Shown: in pieces, positions 49,410 to 60,829 of the stretch | Layout of the letters: the number at the start of each line of letters is the position of its first letter | Numbering within the stretch: position 1 is the first letter of the stretch | From: Scyliorhinus canicula | Taxonomy: Eukaryota | Direction: 5' to 3' | NCBI RefSeq assembly: GCF_902713615.1 | Contig: NW_024055458.1 | Span: forward strand, 544,655 to 608,654 | Length of the DNA: 64,000 nt | Program-made: the position numbers and the translations under genes | The notes under the pieces: generated by a model | What the model saw: the letters and a program-made list of their open reading frames with translations, nothing else | What the model was told of the DNA's origin: nothing | Database searches by the model: none

Positions 49410-49496
49410 GGTTATTGTATAGAGCTGCCCAGGGAATGTGACACTGTGACTACTTCGACTACTGGGGACAGGGGACCATGGTGACGGTGACTGCAG
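49410..49496 (+). other. IGHJ: IgH J segment (49449-49496; YFDYWGQGTMVTVTA) with 23-RSS
   Basis: GGTTATTGT (49410-49418), 23 nt, CACTGTG (49442-49448); WGQG motif; donor GTAAG at 49497. Confidence 0.95.
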
Positions 49497-49589
49497 GTAA
49501 GAACCATTCCGTCATTTACCAACTGTTTTACTTGAGTATTTGTTTTATATTTTTCTGCATTTTCAAAATCCATTCGTTCACTGAAATGT

Positions 49590-50900
49590 GTTTTGGTGGA
49601 TCATGTATTGAGATGTTGTTGCAATGTTTCATTTGATTCTGCTGAAAGGGGGATATAGAATCCCGCGGTTTCTTGACAGAAAGATGCTGCTGAGGGATTC
49701 AGACCCTGTTTGCTGTGATTTGGTGTTTATTTGCTGAGGATACTGTGTGGCTGGGTTACTTTAAATACAAAACGTCTGTTTGTACGATGTTTAATCTCGG
49801 TTCTATCTAATGTCTGCAGTTTGTACCGTCCACCGCACAAGTGTATGAGATCGACCCCAACATTGATAAAATGTGTTAAAGTTTCTGTATTATCTTATTG
49901 AACATGTTCTGCTTACTGAAAGTGCTGATGATATCATTCAAGTTTTCTGTTTAGTTTACTGTTCATTCATTTGATGACATGAGGGTTTGGTGCATTCAAA
50001 ATTGAGATTTTCTTGCAATGTTACATTCGATTCTTTTGGAAGTGTTTTGTAGAATTGAGCTGCTTCTCTATGATGTTTCACTCCTTCAGTGATGTGATTT
50101 GGTGTTTTCCTGCTGAGGAATGTTTTTGGGTGACTTTGTGTAGGAAAGTTTGTGAAACGGTTTGGTGTGTCTGTATTGTTTCAACTCGGTGACACTGAGC
50201 GGTTACACGGTTTGTGATTGAATGCAGAGGCTGCGTGTTGGAAACTGCTTGTCGCAGGATTGTCGACAGAGAACAGGGAGGCTGTTTCTGCATCTTGAAA
50301 AAAAGTGAAAATTGCAGATTAAACTAAGCCACGTTTTACCACAAATCCTTTCCGAGCACAAGTTGTTGCTGCAATCAGTTTGCCGTTTGTGCAAATTTAA
50401 ATCTCCGTGGCATCTGATGGTTGCAGCTTTTACCATCAACTGCAAACATTAAAAGCATTAAATGTGTTTGAAAAATGACTCAGTATGAAAAAAATGGTTA
50501 AGTTTCAATATTTATTTGGTGTTAATGTTCGAGCACCTCGCAATGCTATTGCTGTTATTCCACATTTCTGTTTAGTTTAATAATTCATACATTTGGTGAC
50601 TAGCTGGTTTGCTGGATATTGATATTTTCTTGCAAAGTTAAGTTTGATGCTGTTCGACGTAGAATTGAGCTGCTTCTCCATAAACGGGTTTCATTGATGT
50701 GATTTAGTGTTTTGTTCTGCTGAGGAGATTGTGTATCTGGGTGACTTTAAATGATTCAGATCTGTCAAACGGTTCAGCGTTTCTGCATTGTTTCTGCATT
50801 GTTTAAACTCGGTGACACTGAGCGGTTACACGTTTTCTGGTTGAATGCAAACAGTCTCCGCGTTTGAAAATGCTTGAAGGGCGATTGTCGGGTGAAAACA
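49590..50900 (+). repeat. Three diverged copies of a ~300-bp block just 3' of J
   Basis: Core TGTGATTT(G/A)GTGTTT...TGCTGAGGA at 49714, 50093 and 50698; exact 20-bp (50049/50659) and 27-bp (50183/50806) matches between copies 2 and 3. Confidence 0.8.
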
Positions 50901-53007
50901 GCCAGGCTTAAGAAAATAATCGAATAAAGATATATTGATGCATTTTGTAATTTTAACTGATGCTTCCAGATTAAACGAAATAGTGACTGAAACGCCCATG
51001 CAGAACATAGTAACATTTATATAATTCAAACAATTCCAATGCGGTGATACAACTCCATATTAACCAAAGGTTATTATATATTAATATAATTCATCATTAA
51101 TCACTTTTCACAATCCTGCTGTGTTCCGCACGAGGTTAACTTGACCGGACAGGTTTCTAGGCTGGAAATACTTTGTAATTCCAGTTATTCTATTATTTCT
51201 GTGGCGCTGCAACCATATTATACCTTCACTGTAATGCGTAGTTGGGTAGCGAGGTAATTATCATTAATCTAATGTTAAATAGGTTTCTGAGATGTGGAAG
51301 TCGCTGCCAATCAAGGAATTGTTCCCATGATTTTATTTGTATTGTAGGAAAGTTCAGATTGCCTATGGCAAGAGATTGAAAAGTAAAAGCTTGAATGTCA
51401 AACCGGTTTATTTATTTACAAAAGGTTAAAAGTAGCTTTGCATTTGATAATGACATCCTGTCTCCCATAGCTGTGCTCTACACACGATAGAATTATAGGA
51501 AGAACAGATGATTGGAAAGGAAGAATGATTATATCTTAGCTTTAGGCATACATTTTATTAAATGCTAAATTCAACAACAAATTGTCGACTCCACTTGGTC
51601 ATAATGGGTGAGTTTTGCAAATGATTTGAATAAACATTACTGAGCTGGTCTCGAAATATTCATTACTTTCTGAGAATAGATGGAGTTTATGATTTATCAA
51701 TATTTTCAGAAAGGCGCATATTTTACACATTTGTAGGTCGAATAGAGCAATTGGAGTTTAAAGAAATGTGAATATAGTCAATTAAATGTTAAGATGTTTC
51801 CATCGAGTAATTTGGAGTTTACTGTTCAACATTGTTTGATTGTCAGGTTGTTTTAATTAAACCCCAATTATTTCATAACGCTCTGGGTAAAAACAATTTG
51901 GGGATTATTGAAAGCTATTTTTATTATATTTATTATTATAGTACAGATAATCGAATAAAGAATTAGCTGACAATTAACAATAACTTACAGTACAATATCA
52001 GTGAGAATTAATTCAACATAAATGATCTCCTACAATTGAGTTGTATCCTGGCGTGCAATATCTCAAATGTTTTAGAGAATTTTAATAATACCTGAAATTA
52101 ATTGAGGAAACCATACATTTCATTATACTGCTGTGTGCAGCTCAATTATTTTACTGATTACATTCTTTTGCCCTGATTATTTTTCTGATTACATTTAATT
52201 GTGTTTTTAGATCATATCAGTGGGTAATGTGAATATTTCCTGGTTTGTTTAATTATTACCTTGTCACTGAGTCTCTGTTCCGTCATTAATCTAGCCTGAA
52301 TCTGTAATATTTAATCTGCTAATTTTCAGCAAAACTACTTTTTGCCCAATTGTCGAGTTTTGAGATAGACAGAGAGAAATAGTTAAAAACCGAATGCAGT
52401 TTTGAAATTAATGTCAGTTTAATTTCAAATAAGTTACTAAATTATTGTTGTCGGAAGTTGACCATTGATAAATTAGAATCAAACAGTTTCATGAAACTGA
52501 CAGATTGAACAGATCTATCTGCTGGAACTCGATTGTTGTCATTTGCGTCTGTTCAGTTTCTGTGCGTGCGGTCACTGTGCTGGGACCAGGAATCTTCCTG
52601 ACTGGTTGTAAATCTTCTGCTTCATTTTCCAATATTTCAGGGAGTACAATTTGATCAATCTCTTCAATAAAACTTGTATATGTGTGGAATGTGGAAATTA
52701 TACTTGATGTTTGACTAGGTGACTCAGAAAGGGGATTCCAAGCCCAGATTGTGACAGTCAGAAAGAATTCAGCAACGCCAGACAGGCTGGAGAAGGAGAT
52801 TTGGTTGATTTTTAAGCAGTGATATATCGGTCTTGGGAATTTTCGATTCGGCAATGCAGAGAGCGATTTATTGGGTTACATTCCGTGCTATGGCAGTCCT
52901 TGATTTATTTAATGCATCAGTGCAGCGGAGAAATCCCTTTGCATTTGATTTTTAATCCTATCCTAGGATTCTGGAGGCGCTGGCAAGGCTAGATTTTAAT
53001 ATATCCC

Positions 53008-53195
53008 TGGGGCTGGTTTAGCTCACTCGGCTAAATCGCTGGCTTTTTACAGCAGACTAAGCAGGCCAGCAGCACGATTCGATTCCCGTACCAGCCTCCC
53101 CGGACAGGCGCCGGAATGTGGCGACTATGGGCTTTTCACAGTAACTTCATTGAAGCCTACTCGTGACAATAAGCGATTTTCATTTCATTTCATTA
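53008..53195 (+). mobile_element. Short tRNA-head SINE with L2-type tail
   Basis: Near-consensus member of the 11945 family. Confidence 0.85.
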
Positions 53196-53199
53196 AGGG

Positions 53200-53385
53200 T
53201 CCTTGGGAAAGTTTTGATGTGAAGCATCCTTGAATAGCTGCAGTCCATGTGGCGGAGGTATATCTGCAATATTGCTAGGGAGAGAGGTCCAGAATTTTGA
53301 CTCGGCGACAGTGAAGGATTGGCAGTATATTTCCAAATCAGGACGGTGAGTGTCTTGGAAGGGAACTTGCAGGTGTTGGTGCACC
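53200..53385 (-). mobile_element. CR1-like 3' fragment
   Basis: gctgcagtccatgtgg..ttttgactcggcgacagtgaagga..atatttccaaatcagga; same family as 43735. Confidence 0.65.
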
Positions 53386-53484
53386 CATACATCGATACAA
53401 ACACATACACACTCTCACTCTCTCACTCGCTATTTATCTTACATCCTCACACAAACGAATTCTCTCACGCGCATAATCACAATA

Positions 53485-53830
53485 CGGCAGCACGGTAGCA
53501 TTGTGGATAGCACAATCGCTTCACAGCTCCAGGGTCCCAGGTTCGATTCCGGCTTGGGTCACTGTCTGTGTGGAGTCTGCACATCCTCCCCGTGTGTGCG
53601 TGGGTTTCCTCCGGGTACTCCGGTTTCCTCCCACAGTCCAAAGATGTGCAGGTTAGGTGGATTGGCCATGCAAAATTGCCCTGAGTGTCCAAAATTGCCC
53701 TTAGTGTTGGGTGGGGTTACTGGGTTATGGGGATAGGGTGGAGGTGTTGACGTTGGGTAGGATGCTCTTTCCAAGAGCCGGTGCAGACTCGATGGGCCGA
53801 ATGGCCTCCTTCTGCATTGTAAATTCTATA
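53485..53830 (+). mobile_element. Full-length HE1 V-SINE
   Basis: Complete head, V-domain and tail ending gcattgtaaattctat. Confidence 0.9.
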
Positions 53831-53834
53831 TAAA

Positions 53835-55510
53835 AAATATACACACTGTGCCTCACACACAATCACACACTCACAATCTCACTCTCAGACACACTGTGAT
53901 GATCTCTCACTCACGCGCTCTCACTCACACACGATCTATCTCACACGTATTCTCTTTCACCAAATCTCTGACACACTTTGCCTCACTCTCACACCCACTC
54001 TCAAACACACAGACCGTCTCTCTCCCTCACAAACAAGCATAATCGCTCTTCAAACGTAGCATTTTTTTCTTTCAGGCTCTCTCTCACACATATTCCCTCT
54101 TATATACATATACAATATCTCAGACGCACACAAACTCACCAACACATTATTACTCTCTCACTCTCTCGCTTACACGCTCTCTCAAACGTGCACCCTGGCA
54201 CATGCCCTCTCTCTCTCTCTCTCATGGACACTGTCTCATTCTCTCTCTCTGTTGACAAACAAACTATTTCTCTCTTTCAGGCATGCAGTATCTCACACTC
54301 TCACACATTCTCTCTCTCTCTGACACACACACTCTCTCATCCGCACATTCTTTCTCTCACACACTCCCTCTCTATGGCAGACACACTATCTCAGACACAC
54401 AGATCTCTCTCTCCCACACACAGTCTCACATCCATAATCGCTCTTCAAACAGAATCATTCCTTATTTCACACACATAATCTCAAACATACTACTGTATCT
54501 CTCTCCCTTTCTCTCACACACACTTCCACAGACACAAACACGCACCCTGTCACACACATACATTCTCTCACCTGCTCGCTCTCATGCACATTGTGTCACG
54601 TGCCTCTCTCAAACAATCTCTCTCTTTCGCACATGCACACTCTCATACACAAACACATACATACTCACACAAGCACTTATTTCTCTCTCTGACACACACT
54701 GGTACATACATACCTCGTGAACACACTTTCTTTCACTCAAACACAGACATTTTGAGGGCATTTAAAAGTTTATTGGATAAGCATATGGATGATAATGGCA
54801 TAGTGTAGGTTAGATGGCCTTTAGTTTTTGACTTCCCATGTCGGTGCAACATCGTGGGCCGAAGGGCCTGTACTGCGCTGTATCGTTCTATGTTCTATGT
54901 TCTATGTTCTTTGGCATACTCTATCACATGTTCTCAGAAACACACAAACGTGCCCACACATTCTGTCTCTCTCTGACACACGTGGTCTCTCTCTCACTGT
55001 CTGAGGTACACACCCACGTGCTCTCTAATCTCACACACACTCACATACACACACAATCTCGAACTCACGCACACAATCTTCCCATTACACACTCTCACAC
55101 ACATTGCCTCTCTCACTCACACACAAAATCTCTCTCACACACATCCCCTCACACACACTCACACAGAAACTCTCCCTTGCAAATTATTTTATTCTCCCTC
55201 TAACACCTATCTCACATACATACACGTACTCTGTCTCTCTCACACACACAGGAACACACACATAGGGGCACACAGGAACACACACATATGTTCACACACA
55301 CATACTCAGGAGCACACACACACTCATCACACACACAGCAGCACACAAACAGGAACAGATACACACACTCACAGACACACAGTAACACGCACAAGGGGAT
55401 ACAGAGGGACACACACACACACACAGGGACAGACACACGCTCACACACACACACATGAACACCTAGGAACACGCACACAGGGATACACACACACAAGAAC
55501 GCACAGACAG
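53835..55510. repeat. (CA)/(CT)-rich low-complexity tract with an embedded CR1 tail (54745-54910)
   Basis: Degenerate CACA/CTCT runs; CR1 tail ends (TTCTATG)3. Confidence 0.85.
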
Positions 55511-56750
55511 CTGAGTGTGACTGTTCGTGACATCAAGGCAACATTTGAACCAGTGTTGCATCAAGGACCCCGAGCAAAACTGAAGTTTATGGGAATCGGG
55601 GGAAAATTCCCCGCTGGTTTGAGTCATACCGAGTGGAAAGAAAGATGGTTTCGATTGTTGGAGATCAATCATCTCAGTTCCAGGACATCACTGCAGGGGT
55701 TCCTCAGTGTCGGCCCCACCATATTTAGCTGCTTCATCAATGACCTTCCAAAAGTCAGAAATGGGGATTTTGGCTGATCATTGAACGATGTTCAGCACCA
55801 TTCACGACTCCGCAGTTACTGAAGCAGTCCATTGCTAAATGCAGCAAGATCTGGACTATATCCAGGCTTGGGCTGACAAGGGGAAAGTAACATTCGCACC
55901 AGACAAGTGCACGCAATGGACATCTCAAACAAGCGAAGATCGAACGATCACCCCAATGCCATTCAATGGAATTACCATCGCTGAATGTCCTGCTGACCAT
56001 TGACCAGAAACTGAACTGGACTCGCCATATACACTGTGTGGCTGTGACAACAGGTCAGAGACTCGGAATTCTGCAACAAAAACACCTCCTGATGCCCCAA
56101 ATCCTGTCCACCATCTGCAACACCAGGTTAAAGTCCAACAGGTTTGTTTGGAATCCCTAGCTTTCGGAGCGCAGCTCCTTCATCAGGTGAGTCACCTGAG
56201 TAAGAATTCTTACTGTGCTCAACATAGTCCAACGCCGGCATCTCCATATCACCATCTGTAAGGCACGGTTCAGGAGTGTGATGGAATGCTCTCCACTTGT
56301 CTGGATGAATGCAGCTCCAATGACACAAAAGTAGCCCGCTTAATTGGCACACCATCGACAACCACTCCCTCCCTCCACCACTGAGGGATACTGGCAGCAG
56401 TGTGTAACACCTACAACATGCTCTGAAGGAGCTGGTCATGGCTGCTTGGACAGCACCTTCAAATCTCACAACAGCTACCATGTGGACAAGGACAGCAGAC
56501 ACATGGGAACATCACCAACTGGAATTTCTCCATCCAGCCTCTCACCATCGTGACCTCAAGATGTCACGTTGTTCCTTCACTATCCATGATTCAAAATTCT
56601 GGAGCTGCCTCCCAAACACCACATGGACTGCAGTGGTTGAAGAATGAAGCTCACCACCATCTTCTCTAGGGCAATGAGAGGTGGGAAATAAATGTTGGCC
56701 CAGCCAGAGACGTCTGCATCACAAGAATGAAGAAAACACACTCTCTGACA
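55505..56750 (+). mobile_element. Degraded CR1-like LINE RT/3' end
   Basis: Remnants of PQGSVLGP..FS.FINDL, FADD-like, QKLNW..H, and 3' end gggcaatgagaggtgggaaataaatgttggcc. Confidence 0.65.
56118..56249. mobile_element. 132-bp inverted Penelope pLTR mini-insertion with ~9-bp TSD and hammerhead (56155-56189, -)
   Basis: CACCATCTG at 56109-56117 and 56250-56258; on -: CAC CUGAUGA A GGAGC-UGC-GCUCC GAAA GCU A GGG (one stem I mismatch). Confidence 0.85.
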
Positions 56751-56839
56751 CAATATGACAATTTTACGGCCTGAAATTGCCATTTTCAACATTAAAATCC
56801 AGTTCCGAATTGTTTTGTACAGAATGAAATCACACCGAC

Positions 56840-57098
56840 ATTAAAGCAGCTGCCCAGTGATCTACACTGCTGTCTGACTGTACACAGCCGGTGTTACTGA
56901 CAGTATTAAAGCAGCTGCCCAGTGATCTACACTGCTGTCTGACTGTACACAGCCGGTGTTACTGAAAGTAGTAAAGCAGCTGCCCAGTGATCTACACTGC
57001 TGTCTGACTGTACACAGCCGGTGTTACTGAAAGTATTAAAGCAGCTGCCCAGTGATCTACACTGCTATCTGACTGTACACAGCCGGTGTTACTGAAAG
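56840..57098 (+). repeat. 65-bp tandem repeat x4
   Basis: Units start at 56840, 56905, 56970 and 57035; near-identical; each contains GCAGCTG. Confidence 0.95.
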
Positions 57099-57271
57099 CT
57101 GATCAATGTGTAGAATCAGGACAGGATCGATGGAGAGGAAGAGGAGGAGGTGGGGGTGGTGCAGCCGAATGGAGGAGCCCCCAGCTCGGCTGTGGACAAC
57201 AGACAAGAGAAAGCTGAGCCTGAGCGGAATGCCATCCAGAGAAACATCGCCCGGCTTGGCCCGGAGTACCT

Positions 57272-57890
57272 GAATGATCACTCATTCACCCTCACTCAAC
57301 GTCACTCACACTCACTCACACTCACTCACACTCACTCACCGTCACTCACACTCACCCACCGTCACTCACACTCACCCACACTCACTCACACTCACTCACT
57401 GTCACTCACACTCACCCACACTCACTCACACTCACTCACTGTCACTCACACTCACTCACGCTCACTCGCCGTCACTCTCACTCACTCACACTCACTCACA
57501 CTCACGCACACTCACTCACACTCACTCACCGTCACTCACACTCACCCACCGTCACTCACACTCACCCACACTCACCCACACTCACTCACACTCACTCACT
57601 GTCACTCACACTCACCCACACTCACTCACACTCACTCACTGTCACTCACACTCACTCACGCTCACTCGCCGTCACTCTCACTCACTCACACTCACTCACC
57701 GTCACTCACACTCACGCACACTCACTCACACTCACTCACCGTCACTCACACTCACCCACACCCACTCACATTCACTCACCATCACTCATACTCACTCACA
57801 CTCACTCACTGTCACTCACACTCACTCACTCTCACTCACACTCGCTCACCCCTGTTCACACTCACTCACAGTCACTCATACACACTGACT
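57272..57890 (+). repeat. (CACTCA)n-type hexamer satellite
   Basis: Continuous CACTCA/CACCCA/CCGTCA variants. Confidence 0.95.
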
Positions 57891-58059
57891 GATTAACCCA
57901 TACTCATTTACCGACACTAAGTCACAATCCCTCCCTCAATCATCCACCCTCATGCATCCATACCCACTAACCCACATTCATTCACACACCCACACTCACC
58001 TATGCACATCCTCAATCACCAACCCTCATTCCCTTACCCTCACTCACTCACAGTAATCC

Positions 58060-58990
58060 GTCCGAACTAACTCATCCTCCCTCACCCACCTTGTCATCAC
58101 ATTCACTTCCTCACCCTCACTCACCAACCCTCACCCAGCTTCACTCACCCACCCCCACTCACCAACCCTCACCCAGCTTCACTCACCCACCCTCACTAAA
58201 CAACCCTCACCCAGCCTCACTCACCCACCCTCACTAACCAACCCTCACCCAGCCTCACTCACCCACCCTCACTAACCAACTCTCACCCAGCCTCACTCAC
58301 CCACCCTCACCCAGCCTCACTCACCCACCCTCACTAACCAACCCTCACCCAGCCTCACTAACCAACCCTCACCCAGCCTCACTCACCCACCCTCACTCAC
58401 CAACCCTCACCCAGCGTCACTCACCCACCCTCACTAACCAACCCTCACCCAGCCTCACTAACCAACCCTCACCTAGCCTCACTCACCCACCCTCACTAAC
58501 CAACCCTCACCCAGCCTCACTCACCCACCCTCACTAACCAACCCTCAAACAGCCTCACCCACCCACCCTCACTAATCAACCCTCACCCACCCTCACTAAC
58601 CAACCCTCACCCAGCCTCACTCACCCACCCTCACTAACCAACCCTCACCCAGCCTCACTCACCCACCCTCACTAACCAACCCTCACCCAGCCTCACTCAC
58701 CCACGCTCACTAACCAACCCTCACCCAGCCTCACTCACCCACCCTCACTAACCAACCCTCACCCAGCCTCACTCACCCACCCTCACTAACCAATCCTCAC
58801 CCACCGTCACTCACCCACCCTCACTAACTAACCCTCACCCAGCCTCACTCACCCACCCACCCTCACTAACCAACACTCACCCACCCTCACTAACCAACCC
58901 TCACTAACCAACCCTCACCCTGCCTCACTCACCCACCCTCACTAACCAACCCTCACCCAGCCTCACTCACCCACCCTCACTAACCAACCC
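58060..58990 (+). repeat. 38-bp C-rich minisatellite (CAACCCTCACCCAGCCTCACTCACCCACCCTCACTAAC), ~24 units with variants
   Basis: Direct reading; degenerate CAC/CTC-rich flanks extend over ~57900-60090 and 60400-60610. Confidence 0.9.
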
Positions 58991-60104
58991 TCACCCACCA
59001 TCACTCACTCACACTCACTCACCCACCCTCACACTCACCAACTATCACTCACACTCACTCACACTTACACACACTCAACCAGCCCACTCACACTTATTCA
59101 CTCACCCCCACTCACCCTCGCTCACCAACAATCACCCACCCTCATTCACTGTCACTCACTCGCCCACTCTCACCCACACTCACTCTCTCACACTCATTCA
59201 CCCACACTCAACCACCCCACTCTCACTCGCTCACCCTCACTCACCAACCCTCACCCACCCTCACTCAATCACTCCAACTCACCCTCACTCACCAACCCTC
59301 ACCCATCCTCATTCACACTATCTCACTCACCCACCCTCACCCTCACTCACTCACACTCATTCACCCACACTCAACCACCCCACTCACTCACTCATCCTCA
59401 CTCACCGACTCACACTCACACTCGCACACACTCACTCACCCACACTACTCACACTCAGTCACACTCACTCACCCTCACTCGCCAACCCTCACCCCATCTC
59501 TCACACTCATTCCCGCAACTACATTCACTCACTCCCACTCACCCTCACTCACCAACCCTCACTCACACTGACTCACACTCACTCACCCACAGCCAACCAC
59601 CCCACTCAAACCCACTCACCCACTTTCAATCACTCACACTCACTCAACCACCCTTGCTCATGGAAATCACTCAGTCCCTTCACTCAGCCACCGTCACTCA
59701 CTCACACTCACTTATTCACTCACTCCACACAAATTAATTCACTCCCCTAACTCAACCAGTCTCACACGCCCAGCTTCGCTCACTTTTCATAACTCACGCA
59801 CCCTCATTCACCCACACTCATTCGCTCACCCAATGTGATTCACTCACCCACACTCATTCACCCTCACTCATCCACCCTCATTCACTCAACTTCATTTACA
59901 CGCCCTCACTGAGCCTCACCTTCATTCACCCACCTTCACTCACTCAGTAGGCCTCATTCACACATCCTCGCTCACCCACTGTCACTCACTCTCCATCATT
60001 CATGCATCCTCCCTCCCTCACCCACAATTACTCACGCAGCCACATTCAGAAACCTCAGATCACCCAAAATCTCACTCAACACCAAATCGCCCACTCATTT
60101 ATTT

Positions 60105-60398
60105 ACATGCTGTGGAGATGCTGCCGTTGGATTGGGTGAGCACAGTAAGAAATCTGACAACTCCAGGTTAAAGTCCAACAGGTTTGTTTGAAACTCTAGC
60201 TTTCGCAGCACTGCTCCTTCCTCAGGTGAGTGAAGAGGTAGGTTCCAGAAATATATATACAGACAAAACTCTATATGTATGTTTCTGGAACATATCTTTT
60301 CATTCACCTGAGGAAGGAGCAGTGCTCCGAAAGCTTGTGTTTGAAACAAATCTGTTGGACTTTAACCTGGTGTTGTAAGACTTCTTACTGTGCTCATT
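60105..60398. mobile_element. Head-to-head Penelope pLTR palindrome
   Basis: Left arm (-) and right arm (+) are mutual reverse complements centred near 60265; each carries a hammerhead. Confidence 0.85.
60305..60339 (+). ncRNA. Minimal type I hammerhead ribozyme (intact core)
   Basis: CAC CUGAGGA A GGAGC-AGU-GCUCC GAAA GCU U GUG; the mirror copy at ~60195-60229 (-) has stem I and stem II mismatches. Confidence 0.75.
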
Positions 60399-60829
60399 TA
60401 TTTTCAACCACCACCGTCGCCCATGCATCCTCCCTCACTCACCAATCCATCCTCAATCATTTACAATCGCACGCCCATCCTCATGCTCCACACTCATACG
60501 CGCCCACCATTGTTCATGCACACACACTGACACACCCAGCCACCCCCTTCTCACTCCCGCCCTAATTCACACCCACGCTCGCTCACCCTCATTCACTTGT
60601 CCCCTTGCTCACTAAATGGGAGGAGTTAGTCTGCAATAAGAGAGGAAGAGAGAATTGGAGCGAGGAGTGAGAGCCAGTGTGCACGAATGTGGTGGCCTGG
60701 CAAGGCGGCAGTAGGACCCAGGAGAAAGAGAAGAGAGCTGGAGGGAAGCGTCAGGGTCGGGGGCGGGGAGAATTGTAAAGAGGACGTGGGAAAATATCGA
60801 GGGAGAGGAACATGTCAAAGAGTCATGGA

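Noticed and set aside
52489-52854. 121-aa minus-strand ORF as an Ig transmembrane or other exon
   Set aside because: Wrong strand for the Ig cluster, non-ATG start and no recognisable motif.
5262-53830. tRNA genes at A-box/B-box motifs
   Set aside because: All run straight into V-domain or LINE-derived tails with no acceptor stem or terminator; they are SINE heads.
56840-57098. CRISPR-like array
   Set aside because: The units are contiguous with no unique spacers, there are no cas genes, and the context is eukaryotic.
57150-57896. His/Thr/Leu/Ser-rich ORFs
   Set aside because: Translation of the (CACTCA)n satellite, which cannot encode stops.
58060-58990. Interstitial telomere
   Set aside because: It contains CCCTCA, CTAACC and AACCCT pieces but no run of CCCTAA hexamers; the true period is 38 bp.
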